Positions 18,205 to 27,823 of a stretch of 37,967 nt of DNA are shown here, in pieces. The notes beneath the pieces are model-generated. The model had not been told where the DNA came from and searched no databases. It was given only the letters and a program-made list of their open reading frames with translations. How positions within the stretch are numbered: position 1 is the first letter of the stretch; each line of letters begins with the position of its first letter. Where the stretch lies: NCBI GenBank assembly GCA_017407605.1, contig JAFQWG010000055.1, forward strand, positions 1 to 37,967, in the 5' to 3' direction. The stretch comes from Agathobacter sp. (GTDB lineage Bacteria; Bacillota; Clostridia; Lachnospirales; Lachnospiraceae). The translations under genes were made by a program, and so were the position numbers.

Positions 18205-19605
18205 CTAGAACCTGAAATATAAAAATGGATTAAAAGATCCATCTACTAAGTAAGCTGTAACTACAAGTAACAATACCACCATAACAATCGGCTCAAATAC
18301 TAAAACTACACGTCTGATATTAGTATTCTCTTTTACTTTCTCTACCATGACCTTTGGAAGAGGTGTCGCGCCGACTATAGCCATCAGCAGAATAAATCCA
18401 TAACTTTCCAGATAATACATGGTTTCAACAGAAGTAAACGGTGTACCACCTACATCAAACATTTCCATGATGTGAGAAAATGCAAGACTTAGACTTTCTG
18501 CATCAAAAATCACAAAACTAATAAGCGTAACAAATAAAACATACACATGTCCGACGAAACGCTTCTTTTCTATATGTTTTAACAAGAACAACTTTTCAAT
18601 TATTAGAAGGATTCCAAAATACAATCCCCACGCGATAAAATTCCATTCTGCACCATGCCAAAAGCCTGTCAGCATCCATACCACAAAAACATTAAATAAG
18701 TTTCTAGGCAATGAGCATCTACTGCCACCTAATGGAATATACACATAATCTCTAAACCATGTGCCAAGTGACATATGCCACCTACGCCAGAATTCCGTAA
18801 TGCTTTTCGATATAAATGGATAATTAAAGTTTTCCATAAATTGGAAACCTAACATACTTCCCAAGCCGATAGCCATATCACTATATCCAGAAAAGTCAAA
18901 ATAGATCTGTAACGACACTGCAATTGCATATGCCCAGTAAAAAACAAGTGTCTTTTCTTCACTGGCACGAAAATGTGTACAAAATTCACCGAGAATATTT
19001 GCAATCAGCACCTTTTTCCCAAGTCCTAATATGAATCTTCGAATACCATAGGCGATTTTAGAAAAATGAGTTTCCCTGTCTATCAACTGGCGTTCCACAT
19101 CAGCATAACGCACGATTGGTCCTGCAATCAACTGTGGAAACATTGTAATGTAAGTAGCTAGCGTAACAAAACTCTTCTGTACAGCCACCTTACCTCGATA
19201 GACATCAATGATATAACTTAAAACCTGAAAGGTATAGAAACTAATTCCAATCGGCAACGCAATTTTAAGCAAAGGAAAACTAGCACCAGTAAATCGATTT
19301 ACGTTTATCAGGAAAAAATCTGCGTATTTAAAAAAGGCTAACAATCCTAGGCTTACAATTACTGCCGCCCAAAAACATAGCTTTTCTCCAATACCATCAC
19401 GATACTTTTCTATTCCTAGCCCCAAAAGATAGACCATAAGAATCGTTCCAAGCATCAAGAAGACGTAAATTGGCTCTCCCCACCCATAAAACAAAAGGCT
19501 TGCTAGAAGCAAGACTTTTGTTTTGGCTGACTTAGGTGCCAGATAATATGCAATTAGTACACACGGTAAAAAATAGAATAAAAACGGTATACTAGAAAAT
19601 AACAT
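18205..19605 (-). CDS. MBOAT family O-acyltransferase (AlgI/PatA/DltB-like)
   Basis: LPIGISFYTFQ, FPQLIAGPIVR, YFDFSGYSDMAIG, FWRRWHMSL, GFWHGA (catalytic His); C-terminal PFLYFRF. Confidence 0.95.
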   Translation of the reverse strand: MLFSSIPFLFYFLPCVLIAYYLAPKSAKTKVLLLASLLFYGWGEPIYVFLMLGTILMVYLLGLGIEKYRDGIGEKLCFWAAVIVSLGLLAFFKYADFFLINVNRFTGASFPLLKIALPIGISFYTFQVLSYIIDVYRGKVAVQKSFVTLATYITMFPQLIAGPIVRYADVERQLIDRETHFSKIAYGIRRFILGLGKKVLIANILGEFCTHFRASEEKTLVFYWAYAIAVSLQIYFDFSGYSDMAIGLGSMLGFQFMENFNYPFISKSITEFWRRWHMSLGTWFRDYVYIPLGGSRCSLPRNLFNVFVVWMLTGFWHGAEWNFIAWGLYFGILLIIEKLFLLKHIEKKRFVGHVYVLFVTLISFVIFDAESLSLAFSHIMEMFDVGGTPFTSVETMYYLESYGFILLMAIVGATPLPKVMVEKVKENTNIRRVVLVFEPIVMVVLLLVVTAYLVDGSFNPFLYFRF

Positions 19606-19607
19606 AA

Positions 19608-20171
19608 TTAAAGATTTTCCTCTACAGATACAACAACAGCATTTCCATATACTTCTGCAAGTTTTGCATTGAAGTTATCTACGATATCCGCAGACCCGAA
19701 TGCTGTTACTAAATAATCTTCACCAACTGTTACAATGATAAGTTTTTCTGGAAAACCACAGAGCCACTGATTGTTCATTGTCTGAGTCTTGATTCCATCA
19801 ACGATTGTCTGCATGTTTGCAGAATCTGTCACATGGTATGCGGCTGCTGAGAAGTTATTTGCATTCATTGCGTGCATAATTGTCGCTGCATCATCTACCA
19901 TAGCAATTGCATCTGTTGGGATGCAAAAAGAAATCATTAAATCTTCTGCTTTTGCTAAATCATATGTGCCAGGACCATTATCTACTGGCGCTTCAAAATG
20001 TCCACCCATTGCAAAGAATTTTTCATCTTCTGCATATGTGTCCCATACTTTTGTAAGTAGTTCTTGCGTATCAGCAACTTCTACCGTTACCTTTTCTTCT
20101 GCCCCGCCACAAGCCACACATCCAAATACCATTGCACCGGCAAGTAATAATGTTAAAATTTTCTTCATCAT
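19608..20171 (-). CDS. Lipoprotein of unknown function associated with MBOAT/DHHW
   Basis: Signal peptide with lipobox GCVAC; acidic mature domain; stop 2 nt before MBOAT start. Confidence 0.75.
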   Translation of the reverse strand: MMKKILTLLLAGAMVFGCVACGGAEEKVTVEVADTQELLTKVWDTYAEDEKFFAMGGHFEAPVDNGPGTYDLAKAEDLMISFCIPTDAIAMVDDAATIMHAMNANNFSAAAYHVTDSANMQTIVDGIKTQTMNNQWLCGFPEKLIIVTVGEDYLVTAFGSADIVDNFNAKLAEVYGNAVVVSVEENL

Positions 20172-20194
20172 TTTAAATCTCCTTTTTTCCTTTA

Positions 20195-20584
20195 TTATTT
20201 CGATAGTTTACTATTTGTCTTTGCCATGAATTTTTCTTCTGTTATAATAAATCTTTCGTGCACACCTTCACCGATGAGTCCACATTCATCGTATGCTTTT
20301 ACCTCAAAGGTAAGTGCTCGTCCATCTACTTTTACAAGTTCTGTCTCGCAAGTTACCTTCATTCCTATCGGAGTTGCTGCTACATGTTTTACATTAAGTG
20401 CAGTTCCAACAGTTCCACAGCCCTCTTCTAAATATTGTGCCACACTTTCAAATGCAGTATTCTCCATAAGTGCAATCATTGCTGGTGTCGCATATACTGG
20501 TAGCAATCCACTACCTAATTTTTTAGCAGAAAGCTCTTCCGTAACTATTATTTCATTTGTACCTTTTATACCTGTCTCTAACAT
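20195..20584 (-). CDS. FlK-like (fluoroacetyl-CoA thioesterase family) hotdog thioesterase
   Basis: Start reassigned to ATG 20584 (AGGAG RBS); VYATPAMIALME (Thr/Glu), TVGT...HVAATP (His), GEGVHER. Confidence 0.88.
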   Translation of the reverse strand: MLETGIKGTNEIIVTEELSAKKLGSGLLPVYATPAMIALMENTAFESVAQYLEEGCGTVGTALNVKHVAATPIGMKVTCETELVKVDGRALTFEVKAYDECGLIGEGVHERFIITEEKFMAKTNSKLSK

Positions 20585-20626
20585 ATTTCTCCTGCTTACA
20601 GTTCCTTTCCTCAAATGATTTCGCAT

Positions 20627-20656
20627 ATTATATCATGCAACCTCTATTTTTGTCTA
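20627..20656 (-). promoter_or_regulatory. Putative promoter of thioesterase-MBOAT operon
   Basis: TAGACA (20656-20651) - 18 bp - TATAAT (20632-20627), with extended -10 TG. Confidence 0.55.
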
Positions 20657-20725
20657 TTATAGCTTTAGTTTATAAACTTTTAAGAATTATAAAACCCTTG
20701 ATTTTACTGACTTTCTTACTTATTA

Positions 20726-20752
20726 TTAGCACTCCTTTAAAAAGAGTGCTAA
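20726..20752 (+). promoter_or_regulatory. CIRCE element (HrcA operator)
   Basis: Perfect TTAGCACTC-N9-GAGTGCTAA upstream of htpG. Confidence 0.96.
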
Positions 20753-20759
20753 CTTTCTA

Positions 20760-20788
20760 TTGACTTTTAATTTGGGGAGTAATATCAT
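20760..20788 (+). promoter_or_regulatory. Putative sigma-A promoter of htpG
   Basis: TTGACT (20760-20765) - 17 bp - TATCAT (20783-20788). Confidence 0.7.
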
Positions 20789-20861
20789 CTTTAACAGATG
20801 ATAAATTTTGTATGCATTTCTAATTTTTTCATACAAAATATAGAAAAGGAGTAATATTATT

Positions 20862-22913
20862 ATGGCAAACAAACATGGAAACTTGTCTATTGACAGCGAA
20901 AATCTATTTCCTATTATTAAAAAATGGCTATATTCTGACCATGACATTTTCTATCGTGAATTAATCTCAAATGGATGTGATGCGATTACAAAGTTAAAAA
21001 AACTTGATATGATGGGAGAATACTCTCTTCCAGCTGACTACAAAGCAAAAATTCAGGTAATCGTAAGTCCAGAAGATAAAACCATCAAATTTATCGACAA
21101 TGGTCTTGGAATGACTGCTGATGAAGTAGAAGAATACATCAATCAAATTGCTTTCTCTGGCGCAACAGACTTTATCGAAAAATACAAAGATAAGAGTAAT
21201 GACGACCAGATTATCGGACATTTCGGTCTTGGTTTCTACTCTGCTTTTATGGTTGCTGATGAAGTAACCATCGATACACTTTCTTATAAAGAAGGAGCTA
21301 CACCAGTACACTGGTCTTGTGATGGTGGTACTGAATTTGATATGAAAGACGGCACCCGTGACACTATCGGTACAGAAATCACTTTATATTTAAACGATGA
21401 CTGTCTCGCTTTCGCAAATGAATATCGCGCAAGAGAAGTAATCGAAAAATATTGTTCTTTCATGCCAACTGAAATTTATCTTTCTAAGAAAAATGCAGAT
21501 ATTCAATATGAAACAATTGACAAAACAGATGTACTTGAAAGCGATGAAGTAGTGGAAGAAATCCACGAAGAAGCAAAAACAGATGATGAAGGTAACGAGC
21601 TTTCTCCAGCAAAAGACAAAGCCAAAATTGTAAAACGACCTGTACCACTTAATGATACTCACCCACTCTGGGCGAAAACTCCAAGTGAATGTACAGAAGA
21701 AGAATACAAAGATTTTTATCGCAAAGTCTTCTTAGACTATAAAGAACCATTATTCTGGATTCACTTAAACATGGACTATCCATTTAACCTAAAGGGCATT
21801 CTTTATTTCCCTAAGATTAACACAGAATATGATTCTCTTGAGGGTACTATCAAGCTTTATAACAATCAGGTATTTATCGCAGATAATATCAAGGAAGTGA
21901 TTCCAGAATTCCTTATGCTTTTAAAAGGTGTTATCGACTGTCCTGATTTGCCACTTAATGTATCACGTAGTGCATTGCAGAATGATGGATTTGTAAAGAA
22001 AATTTCCGAATACATCACCAAGAAAGTTGCGGACAAGCTTATTGGTATGTGCAAAACAGAAAAAGAATCTTATGAAAAATACTGGGACGACATCAGTCCA
22101 TTTATCAAATTTGGCTGCTTAAAAGACGAAAAATTCTGTGATAAGATGAATGACTATATTCTCTTCAAAGATATCAATGATAAGTACCAGACATTACCAG
22201 AACTGCTTGCTCCAGTCGAAACTGCTACAGATGAAGACGGCAATACTGTAGAAGCAGAAGTTGTTGCTGACGATGCAGATGTAAATACAGATGATTACAA
22301 AGATGATCGAAAGACTGTATACTATGTAACTGATTTAAATCAGCAGGGACAGTATGTAAGTCTCTTTAAAGAACAGGGTATGAACGCCGTAATCTTAAAC
22401 CACAGCATTGATACCTCTTTCATTTCTCAACTTGAAATGAGAAATGAAAACTATCGCTTCATGCGTATTGATGCTGATTTAACAGAATCTTTAAAAGAAG
22501 AATCTGGCGAAGATTTAACAGAAATCACTACCGCCCTTTCCGAAGTATTTAAAACTGCTATAAACAATGAAAAGCTCACTGTAAAAGTAGAAAAACTCAA
22601 AAACGATGAAATCGCATCTGTAATTACACTATCAGAAGAAGGTCGTCGTATGCAGGATATGATGAGAATGTATGCAATGAATGGTATGGGCGGCATGGAT
22701 ATGAACATGTTTGCAGCAGACCAGACACTTACACTTAATGCAAATAACGCATTAGTAAAATACATCTTAGAAAACAAAGATAGCGAACATGTTCCAATGT
22801 TCGCAGAACAGCTTTATGACTTAGCTCTCCTTAGCAATCAGCCACTTTCTCCTGAGGCAATGAGCAAATTTGTAAAGAGAAGCAATGAAATCATGTTACT
22901 ATTAACAAAATAA
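20862..22913 (+). CDS. htpG: Molecular chaperone HtpG (Hsp90)
   Basis: IFYRELISNGCDA, DNGLGM, IGHFGLGFYSAF, LPLNVSRSALQ; AAGGAG RBS; CIRCE upstream. Confidence 0.97.
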   Translation: MANKHGNLSIDSENLFPIIKKWLYSDHDIFYRELISNGCDAITKLKKLDMMGEYSLPADYKAKIQVIVSPEDKTIKFIDNGLGMTADEVEEYINQIAFSGATDFIEKYKDKSNDDQIIGHFGLGFYSAFMVADEVTIDTLSYKEGATPVHWSCDGGTEFDMKDGTRDTIGTEITLYLNDDCLAFANEYRAREVIEKYCSFMPTEIYLSKKNADIQYETIDKTDVLESDEVVEEIHEEAKTDDEGNELSPAKDKAKIVKRPVPLNDTHPLWAKTPSECTEEEYKDFYRKVFLDYKEPLFWIHLNMDYPFNLKGILYFPKINTEYDSLEGTIKLYNNQVFIADNIKEVIPEFLMLLKGVIDCPDLPLNVSRSALQNDGFVKKISEYITKKVADKLIGMCKTEKESYEKYWDDISPFIKFGCLKDEKFCDKMNDYILFKDINDKYQTLPELLAPVETATDEDGNTVEAEVVADDADVNTDDYKDDRKTVYYVTDLNQQGQYVSLFKEQGMNAVILNHSIDTSFISQLEMRNENYRFMRIDADLTESLKEESGEDLTEITTALSEVFKTAINNEKLTVKVEKLKNDEIASVITLSEEGRRMQDMMRMYAMNGMGGMDMNMFAADQTLTLNANNALVKYILENKDSEHVPMFAEQLYDLALLSNQPLSPEAMSKFVKRSNEIMLLLTK

Positions 22914-22917
22914 ACAC

Positions 22918-22945
22918 AAAATCTCGGCTTTAAAGCCGAGATTTT
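22918..22945. terminator. Bidirectional intrinsic terminator
   Basis: Perfect 28-bp palindrome AAAATCTCGGCTTTAAAGCCGAGATTTT between convergent genes. Confidence 0.9.
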
Positions 22946-24109
22946 TTAATAGAAAATATGGTGTCCAATAATTGTTCCGTTAATATTTGGTTTTAATTCT
23001 GAACGACAGAAAAACAATGCGTTTGTAACAATATTGCCATTTAAGGTTTCTACTGCTGCCTGCATGCAGCTATTATTAACCCCCGCCTGCAAACGATATG
23101 CTAATCGTCCACTGGCAACTGGTGAAAACTGCTTTCTCTGGTAAACCACTTCTGTTATTGTGTTCGGAAACTTAGCACTATGTACGCGATTCATAACAAC
23201 ACTTCCTACTGCAAGTTGTCCTAAATAAGGCTCTCCTTCTGCTTCACACTGGATAATAGCTGCCAGCAAATACAATTCCCCATCTGCAGGTGTATAACCT
23301 ACGCCAGTCCAATCCTGTGTTCCGCCAGACTGCTGAATTTCTTCCCATTTTTCCAAATCCTGTGCTAATTTCTGGGCTTCTAACTGTGACTCCACAGTTT
23401 CCCAATAGGCAAGCTGAGCCTCTAAATTATCTACTACACTCTCAGCACCCGATACCTGTTGATTGGTAACTTCCAAATTCTTTTCTGTATCTGCAATCAA
23501 GGAATTCACCTTTATACGCTTCTTGCCCATCTCCTCCTGCAACGCCAACAAGGAAGTTTCTTCCTCTTCTAATTGTTCTTTCTTTTCAGCAATCTGCATT
23601 TGCAACTCTTGGAACTCTACTAACTTTTGGCGATCATACTCTACTAATTCCGCCACAAGTTCTGTCTGACTAATCATATCTGCAAGAGACTTTGCCCCAA
23701 AAAGTGCATCCAACATAGATGTACTTCCATTCTCGTACATATACTGAATACGATGCATCATATCCGCGTACTGTTTTGTTACCTGTTTCTCTGCATTTTC
23801 CAAATCAGTTGTCGCTACTGCTATCTCATCCTTCTTAACATCAATTTGATCTTCCAAATCATTCATGTCATTTACAAGTTTGTTCAACTGACCATTAAAG
23901 TCATCCAAGTCATCTTCTAAATTCTCTTTTTGATTGTTAATCTCATCTAATACATTCTCTGCATCTTGTACTTGCTGTTGCAAGTTACCGACCTGATCTT
24001 TAACCTGATCTATCTGTTCCTGGGTCACCGTGGCATAAAAAGTAGTCACCGATAAACTTAATATTAACAATACAGACAATGTAACTCTTTTAATATATTT
24101 TAGTTTCAT
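22946..24109 (-). CDS. Secreted cell-wall hydrolase: PcsB/CwlO-like coiled coil plus SleB/CwlJ (Hydrolase_2) domain
   Basis: Signal peptide; heptad region with RIQYMYENG; LLAAIIQCEAEGEPYLGQLAVGSVVMNRV...FPNTI...QFSP...IGHHIFY. Confidence 0.88.
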   Translation of the reverse strand: MKLKYIKRVTLSVLLILSLSVTTFYATVTQEQIDQVKDQVGNLQQQVQDAENVLDEINNQKENLEDDLDDFNGQLNKLVNDMNDLEDQIDVKKDEIAVATTDLENAEKQVTKQYADMMHRIQYMYENGSTSMLDALFGAKSLADMISQTELVAELVEYDRQKLVEFQELQMQIAEKKEQLEEEETSLLALQEEMGKKRIKVNSLIADTEKNLEVTNQQVSGAESVVDNLEAQLAYWETVESQLEAQKLAQDLEKWEEIQQSGGTQDWTGVGYTPADGELYLLAAIIQCEAEGEPYLGQLAVGSVVMNRVHSAKFPNTITEVVYQRKQFSPVASGRLAYRLQAGVNNSCMQAAVETLNGNIVTNALFFCRSELKPNINGTIIGHHIFY

Positions 24110-24148
24110 TGCATATCCCTATCACTATATATAATTACACTACTTTAT

Positions 24149-24177
24149 ATCATAACAGATTCTTGTGGTTGTTTCAA
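24149..24177 (-). promoter_or_regulatory. Putative sigma-A promoter of cell-wall hydrolase
   Basis: TTGAAA (24177-24172) - 17 bp - TATGAT (24154-24149), with extended -10 TG. Confidence 0.6.
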
Positions 24178-24198
24178 CGTCTAACATCAAGATATAGA

Positions 24199-24232
24199 AA
24201 AACACAGAGTTTCACTTATAAAACCCTGTGTT
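24199..24232 (-). terminator. Probable terminator of ABC exporter operon
   Basis: Minus strand AACACAGGGTTT...AAACTCTGTGTT then TTT, right after the stop at 24238. Confidence 0.65.
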
Positions 24233-24237
24233 CATCA

Positions 24238-26049
24238 TTAACAAAACTGACTATTATACAGTTTACTATAAAAACCATTCTGCGCAAGGAGCGATTCATG
24301 TGTTCCCTGTTCAATGATTTTGCCTTCTTTCATTACAAGGATAACATCCGACTCTCGTATGGTTGAAAGTCTGTGGGCTACAATAAAACTTGTACGCCCT
24401 TCCATCATAGTAAGAAATGCCTTTTGAATTTTCATTTCGGTACGTGTATCAATAGAAGATGTTGCTTCATCCAAAATTAACATTGGTGGCAGGCAAAGCA
24501 TTACTCTTGCAATACATAAAAGCTGTTTTTGTCCCTGTGACAAATTGCCACCATCCTCAGAAATCTGCGTTTCATAACCATTTGGAAGACGTTTAATAAA
24601 ACTGTGCGCATGGGATGCCTTTGCAGCAGCAATCATTTCTTCTTCTGTAGCATCCGGCTTTCCCATACAAATATTCTCTCTTATTGTACCAGCTTTCAGC
24701 CATGTCTCCTGAAGCACCATGCCATAATTCCCTCGAAGGCTCTTTCTCGTCATGTGCATGATATCATACAGTTGGCCTTGTACTTGATTGCCACCTTGCT
24801 GATAAGTCACACGTTCTTCTCCCGTCTGCATATCATCAAGCGCTCCAAGAGAAATTGTACCGCTATTTACATCATAAAACCGCATCAACAGATTAATAAA
24901 TGTAGTCTTTCCACATCCGGTTGGTCCAACAATGGCTACTCGCTGTCCTGGTTTTACTTCCAAATTGAAATCTTCGATAAGTTTCTGCTCAGGTGTATAA
25001 GAAAAACTTACATTTTCAATCGCAACTCTTCCATCCGCTTCTGCTAACACATAAGCATCCACATCATCTGCTTTTTCTGCCGCTTCTTCAATCAGTTCAA
25101 AGATTCGCCCTGCACATGCAAGCGCATTTTGAAGTTCAGTCACTACACCTGATATTTCATTGAATGGCTTTGTGTATTGGTTGGCATATGTCAAAAAGCA
25201 TGACAACTGACCTACCGAAATACCGCCACCAATGGCTGACAAGGCACCAAAAATTCCTACTGCAGCATATACTAAGCTGTTGACAAAGCGTGTCGATGGA
25301 TTTACCAAACTTGAGAAAAAGGTTGCATTCAACGAATATTTCTGTAAACGTGCATTTACTTCTTCAAAACGTTCCTCTGCTTTCTTTTCATATGCAAATG
25401 CCTGCACTACCTTTTGGTTACCAATCATCTCATCTATAATGGTAGTCTGCTCTCCTTTTGCTTCTGACTGCAAGCGGAACATTGAAAAAGTCTTTTTCGC
25501 AATAAAGCTTGCAACAAACAAAGATACTGGGGTAATCACCACTACTACAAATGTAATTTTAAAATCCAATGTTAGCATAAACAAAAGTGTTCCCACTATC
25601 GTTGCCACACCTGTAAACAACTGTGTAAATCCCATAAGGAGACCTTCTGCAAAGGTATCTACATCTGCAATCACACGACTTACAATATCTCCATGCGCTT
25701 TGCTATCAATATATGAAAGTGGTAATCGTTCTATTTTCTGAAATGCATCCTTTCGGATATCCATTACAATGTGATATGTCATCCGATTGTTGCATACATT
25801 CATTACCCACTGAGCAATTGCATTCACAACAATAACAAAAACTGCTGTTTTTATAATCTCTACAATCCCCTCAAAATCTACCAAATCTTTTCCAAGGATT
25901 AAATCCAGCGCATTTCCCATTAAAATTGGAAAATACAAAGTCATCGCTACTGTTATCGTCGCTAAAAGGATAGAAACCACAAGCAATGGAATATACTTTT
26001 TCATATAACGAAGTACTTTTTTAAGTGTTATTAACTGTTTCTTATCCAT
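24238..26049 (-). CDS. Heterodimeric ABC exporter, subunit with canonical Walker B/H-switch (TM288/EfrB-like)
   Basis: 6-TM domain; GPTGCGKT, LSQGQKQ, ILDEATSSID, AHR. Confidence 0.92.
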   Translation of the reverse strand: MDKKQLITLKKVLRYMKKYIPLLVVSILLATITVAMTLYFPILMGNALDLILGKDLVDFEGIVEIIKTAVFVIVVNAIAQWVMNVCNNRMTYHIVMDIRKDAFQKIERLPLSYIDSKAHGDIVSRVIADVDTFAEGLLMGFTQLFTGVATIVGTLLFMLTLDFKITFVVVVITPVSLFVASFIAKKTFSMFRLQSEAKGEQTTIIDEMIGNQKVVQAFAYEKKAEERFEEVNARLQKYSLNATFFSSLVNPSTRFVNSLVYAAVGIFGALSAIGGGISVGQLSCFLTYANQYTKPFNEISGVVTELQNALACAGRIFELIEEAAEKADDVDAYVLAEADGRVAIENVSFSYTPEQKLIEDFNLEVKPGQRVAIVGPTGCGKTTFINLLMRFYDVNSGTISLGALDDMQTGEERVTYQQGGNQVQGQLYDIMHMTRKSLRGNYGMVLQETWLKAGTIRENICMGKPDATEEEMIAAAKASHAHSFIKRLPNGYETQISEDGGNLSQGQKQLLCIARVMLCLPPMLILDEATSSIDTRTEMKIQKAFLTMMEGRTSFIVAHRLSTIRESDVILVMKEGKIIEQGTHESLLAQNGFYSKLYNSQFC

Positions 26050-27784
26050 TTATGTGCCTCCTTTCCTCTTTTTTGAATTGGGAGTCATAAATTTCTCGAT
26101 ATACTTCACAAGACTCTAATAATTCTGCGTGAGTACCAATTCCAACTGCTTTACCATCATCCAACACAATAATCTTATCTGCATGCTGAATCGACGAGGT
26201 ACGCTGCGAAACAATAAATATTGTTTTCTCCCCAGCAATACCAGACAGAGCTTTTCGGAGTGCAGCATCTGTTGCAAAGTCAAGTGCAGACGCACTATCA
26301 TCTAAAATCAAAATATCCGGATTCTTTACAAGTGCACGAGCAATGGTAAGCCTCTGTTTCTGTCCACCAGAAAGATTACGTCCTCCCTGCTCAACCATGT
26401 GCTGTAATCTGTCTTCTTTACCTTCTACAACATCTATTGCTTGAGCAAGTGCAATAGCATTCCACAATTCTTCCTCCGTTGCATTTTCATTGCCCCAGCG
26501 AAGATTCTCTTCAATCGTTCCTTTAAAAAGCACTGCCTTTTGCTGTACGATACCTATTTTCTCACGAAGCTGGGCAAGAGGATAATCCTTCACATCGATC
26601 CCCTGCACTAAAACACTTCCCTTTGTTACATCATAAAAACGTGGAATCAAATGCACCAAACTGCTCTTACCAGAACCAGTACCACCAATTACACCAATCG
26701 TCTGGCCTTTCTTCGCTTCAAAAGAAATATTAGACAATGCTTCTTCACTGCTTTTACCATACTGCATTGCCACACCTTTAAATTCTACCATAGGAGCAGA
26801 TGAATCAGACTGTACGAATTCTGTCTTCTCACTTTGAATAGATGGCTGTCTATTAAGGACGTCCGACACACGATTGCCGCATGCTACCGCTTTGGTAATA
26901 AGAATAATCAAGTTTGCAAGTTTCACGAGTTCTACCAAAATCTGTGACATATAGCTTACCAAAGCCACAACTTCACCCTGTGTCAAGATTCCTGCATACA
27001 CCTGATTAGCCCCAGTCCAAACAATACAAATGGTAGCGATATTTACAATAATAACTGTAACAGGATTCATAAGTGCAGAAATACGGCCTACCAAAAGCTG
27101 TACATTGGTAAGCACCTCATTGCTCTCATTAAACTCCTGAATTTCCTCTTCTTCTTTTCCAAAAGCGCGGATTACACGTGCACCAACAAGATTTTCACGT
27201 GTCTTAGCTAATACGCGGTCAAGTGCTGCCTGTACCTTTTTGTAAAGAGGAATCGTAATCAGCATTACTCCAAATACTACAACAGAAAGAAGTGGTATGG
27301 TAATTACGAAAATAATGGCTGCTTTTACATCTACTGTAAATGCCATAACCATCGCCCCAAACACAACAAATGGCGAACGCATAAAAAGACGAAGCACCAT
27401 ATTTACCCCTGACTGCAACTGATTTACATCACTTGTCATTCGAGTAATCAGTGTAGAAGTTCCGATTTCATCTAAATCTGCAAAAGATAGCTTTTGGATG
27501 TGCACAAACAAAGCACTGCGAAGCTGGCTAGCAAACCCAACCGCTGCCTTTGCTGCGAAAAACTGTGCTGAAATTGCACACACAAGACCAATTACTGCTA
27601 GTAAAATCAACACACCACATCGACTGAATATATATCCTTTATCTACAGTTGAAATACCAATATCAATAATCTGTGCAACTACAAGAGGTACAATCAATTC
27701 AAAAATAGCCTCAAGCATCTTAAAAAGCGGTGCTATCACAGATTCTTTTTTATAATCTTTTAAGAATACAAGTAACTTTTTCAT
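26042..27784 (-). CDS. Heterodimeric ABC exporter, subunit with degenerate Walker B/switch (TM287/EfrA-like)
   Basis: SLITRMTSDV; GGTGSGKS, LSGGQKQR, ILDDSASALD (Asp for Glu), SQR (Gln for His); overlaps partner gene by 8 nt. Confidence 0.92.
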   Translation of the reverse strand: MKKLLVFLKDYKKESVIAPLFKMLEAIFELIVPLVVAQIIDIGISTVDKGYIFSRCGVLILLAVIGLVCAISAQFFAAKAAVGFASQLRSALFVHIQKLSFADLDEIGTSTLITRMTSDVNQLQSGVNMVLRLFMRSPFVVFGAMVMAFTVDVKAAIIFVITIPLLSVVVFGVMLITIPLYKKVQAALDRVLAKTRENLVGARVIRAFGKEEEEIQEFNESNEVLTNVQLLVGRISALMNPVTVIIVNIATICIVWTGANQVYAGILTQGEVVALVSYMSQILVELVKLANLIILITKAVACGNRVSDVLNRQPSIQSEKTEFVQSDSSAPMVEFKGVAMQYGKSSEEALSNISFEAKKGQTIGVIGGTGSGKSSLVHLIPRFYDVTKGSVLVQGIDVKDYPLAQLREKIGIVQQKAVLFKGTIEENLRWGNENATEEELWNAIALAQAIDVVEGKEDRLQHMVEQGGRNLSGGQKQRLTIARALVKNPDILILDDSASALDFATDAALRKALSGIAGEKTIFIVSQRTSSIQHADKIIVLDDGKAVGIGTHAELLESCEVYREIYDSQFKKEERRHING

Positions 27785-27823
27785 GATTTATATACTTTCT
27801 TTACATAATAGAGAATAACAACG

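Noticed and set aside
17084-19605. dlt operon call for the MBOAT cluster
   Set aside because: No DltA or DltC; the MBOAT length and the DHHW partner fit the AlgI/PatA type.
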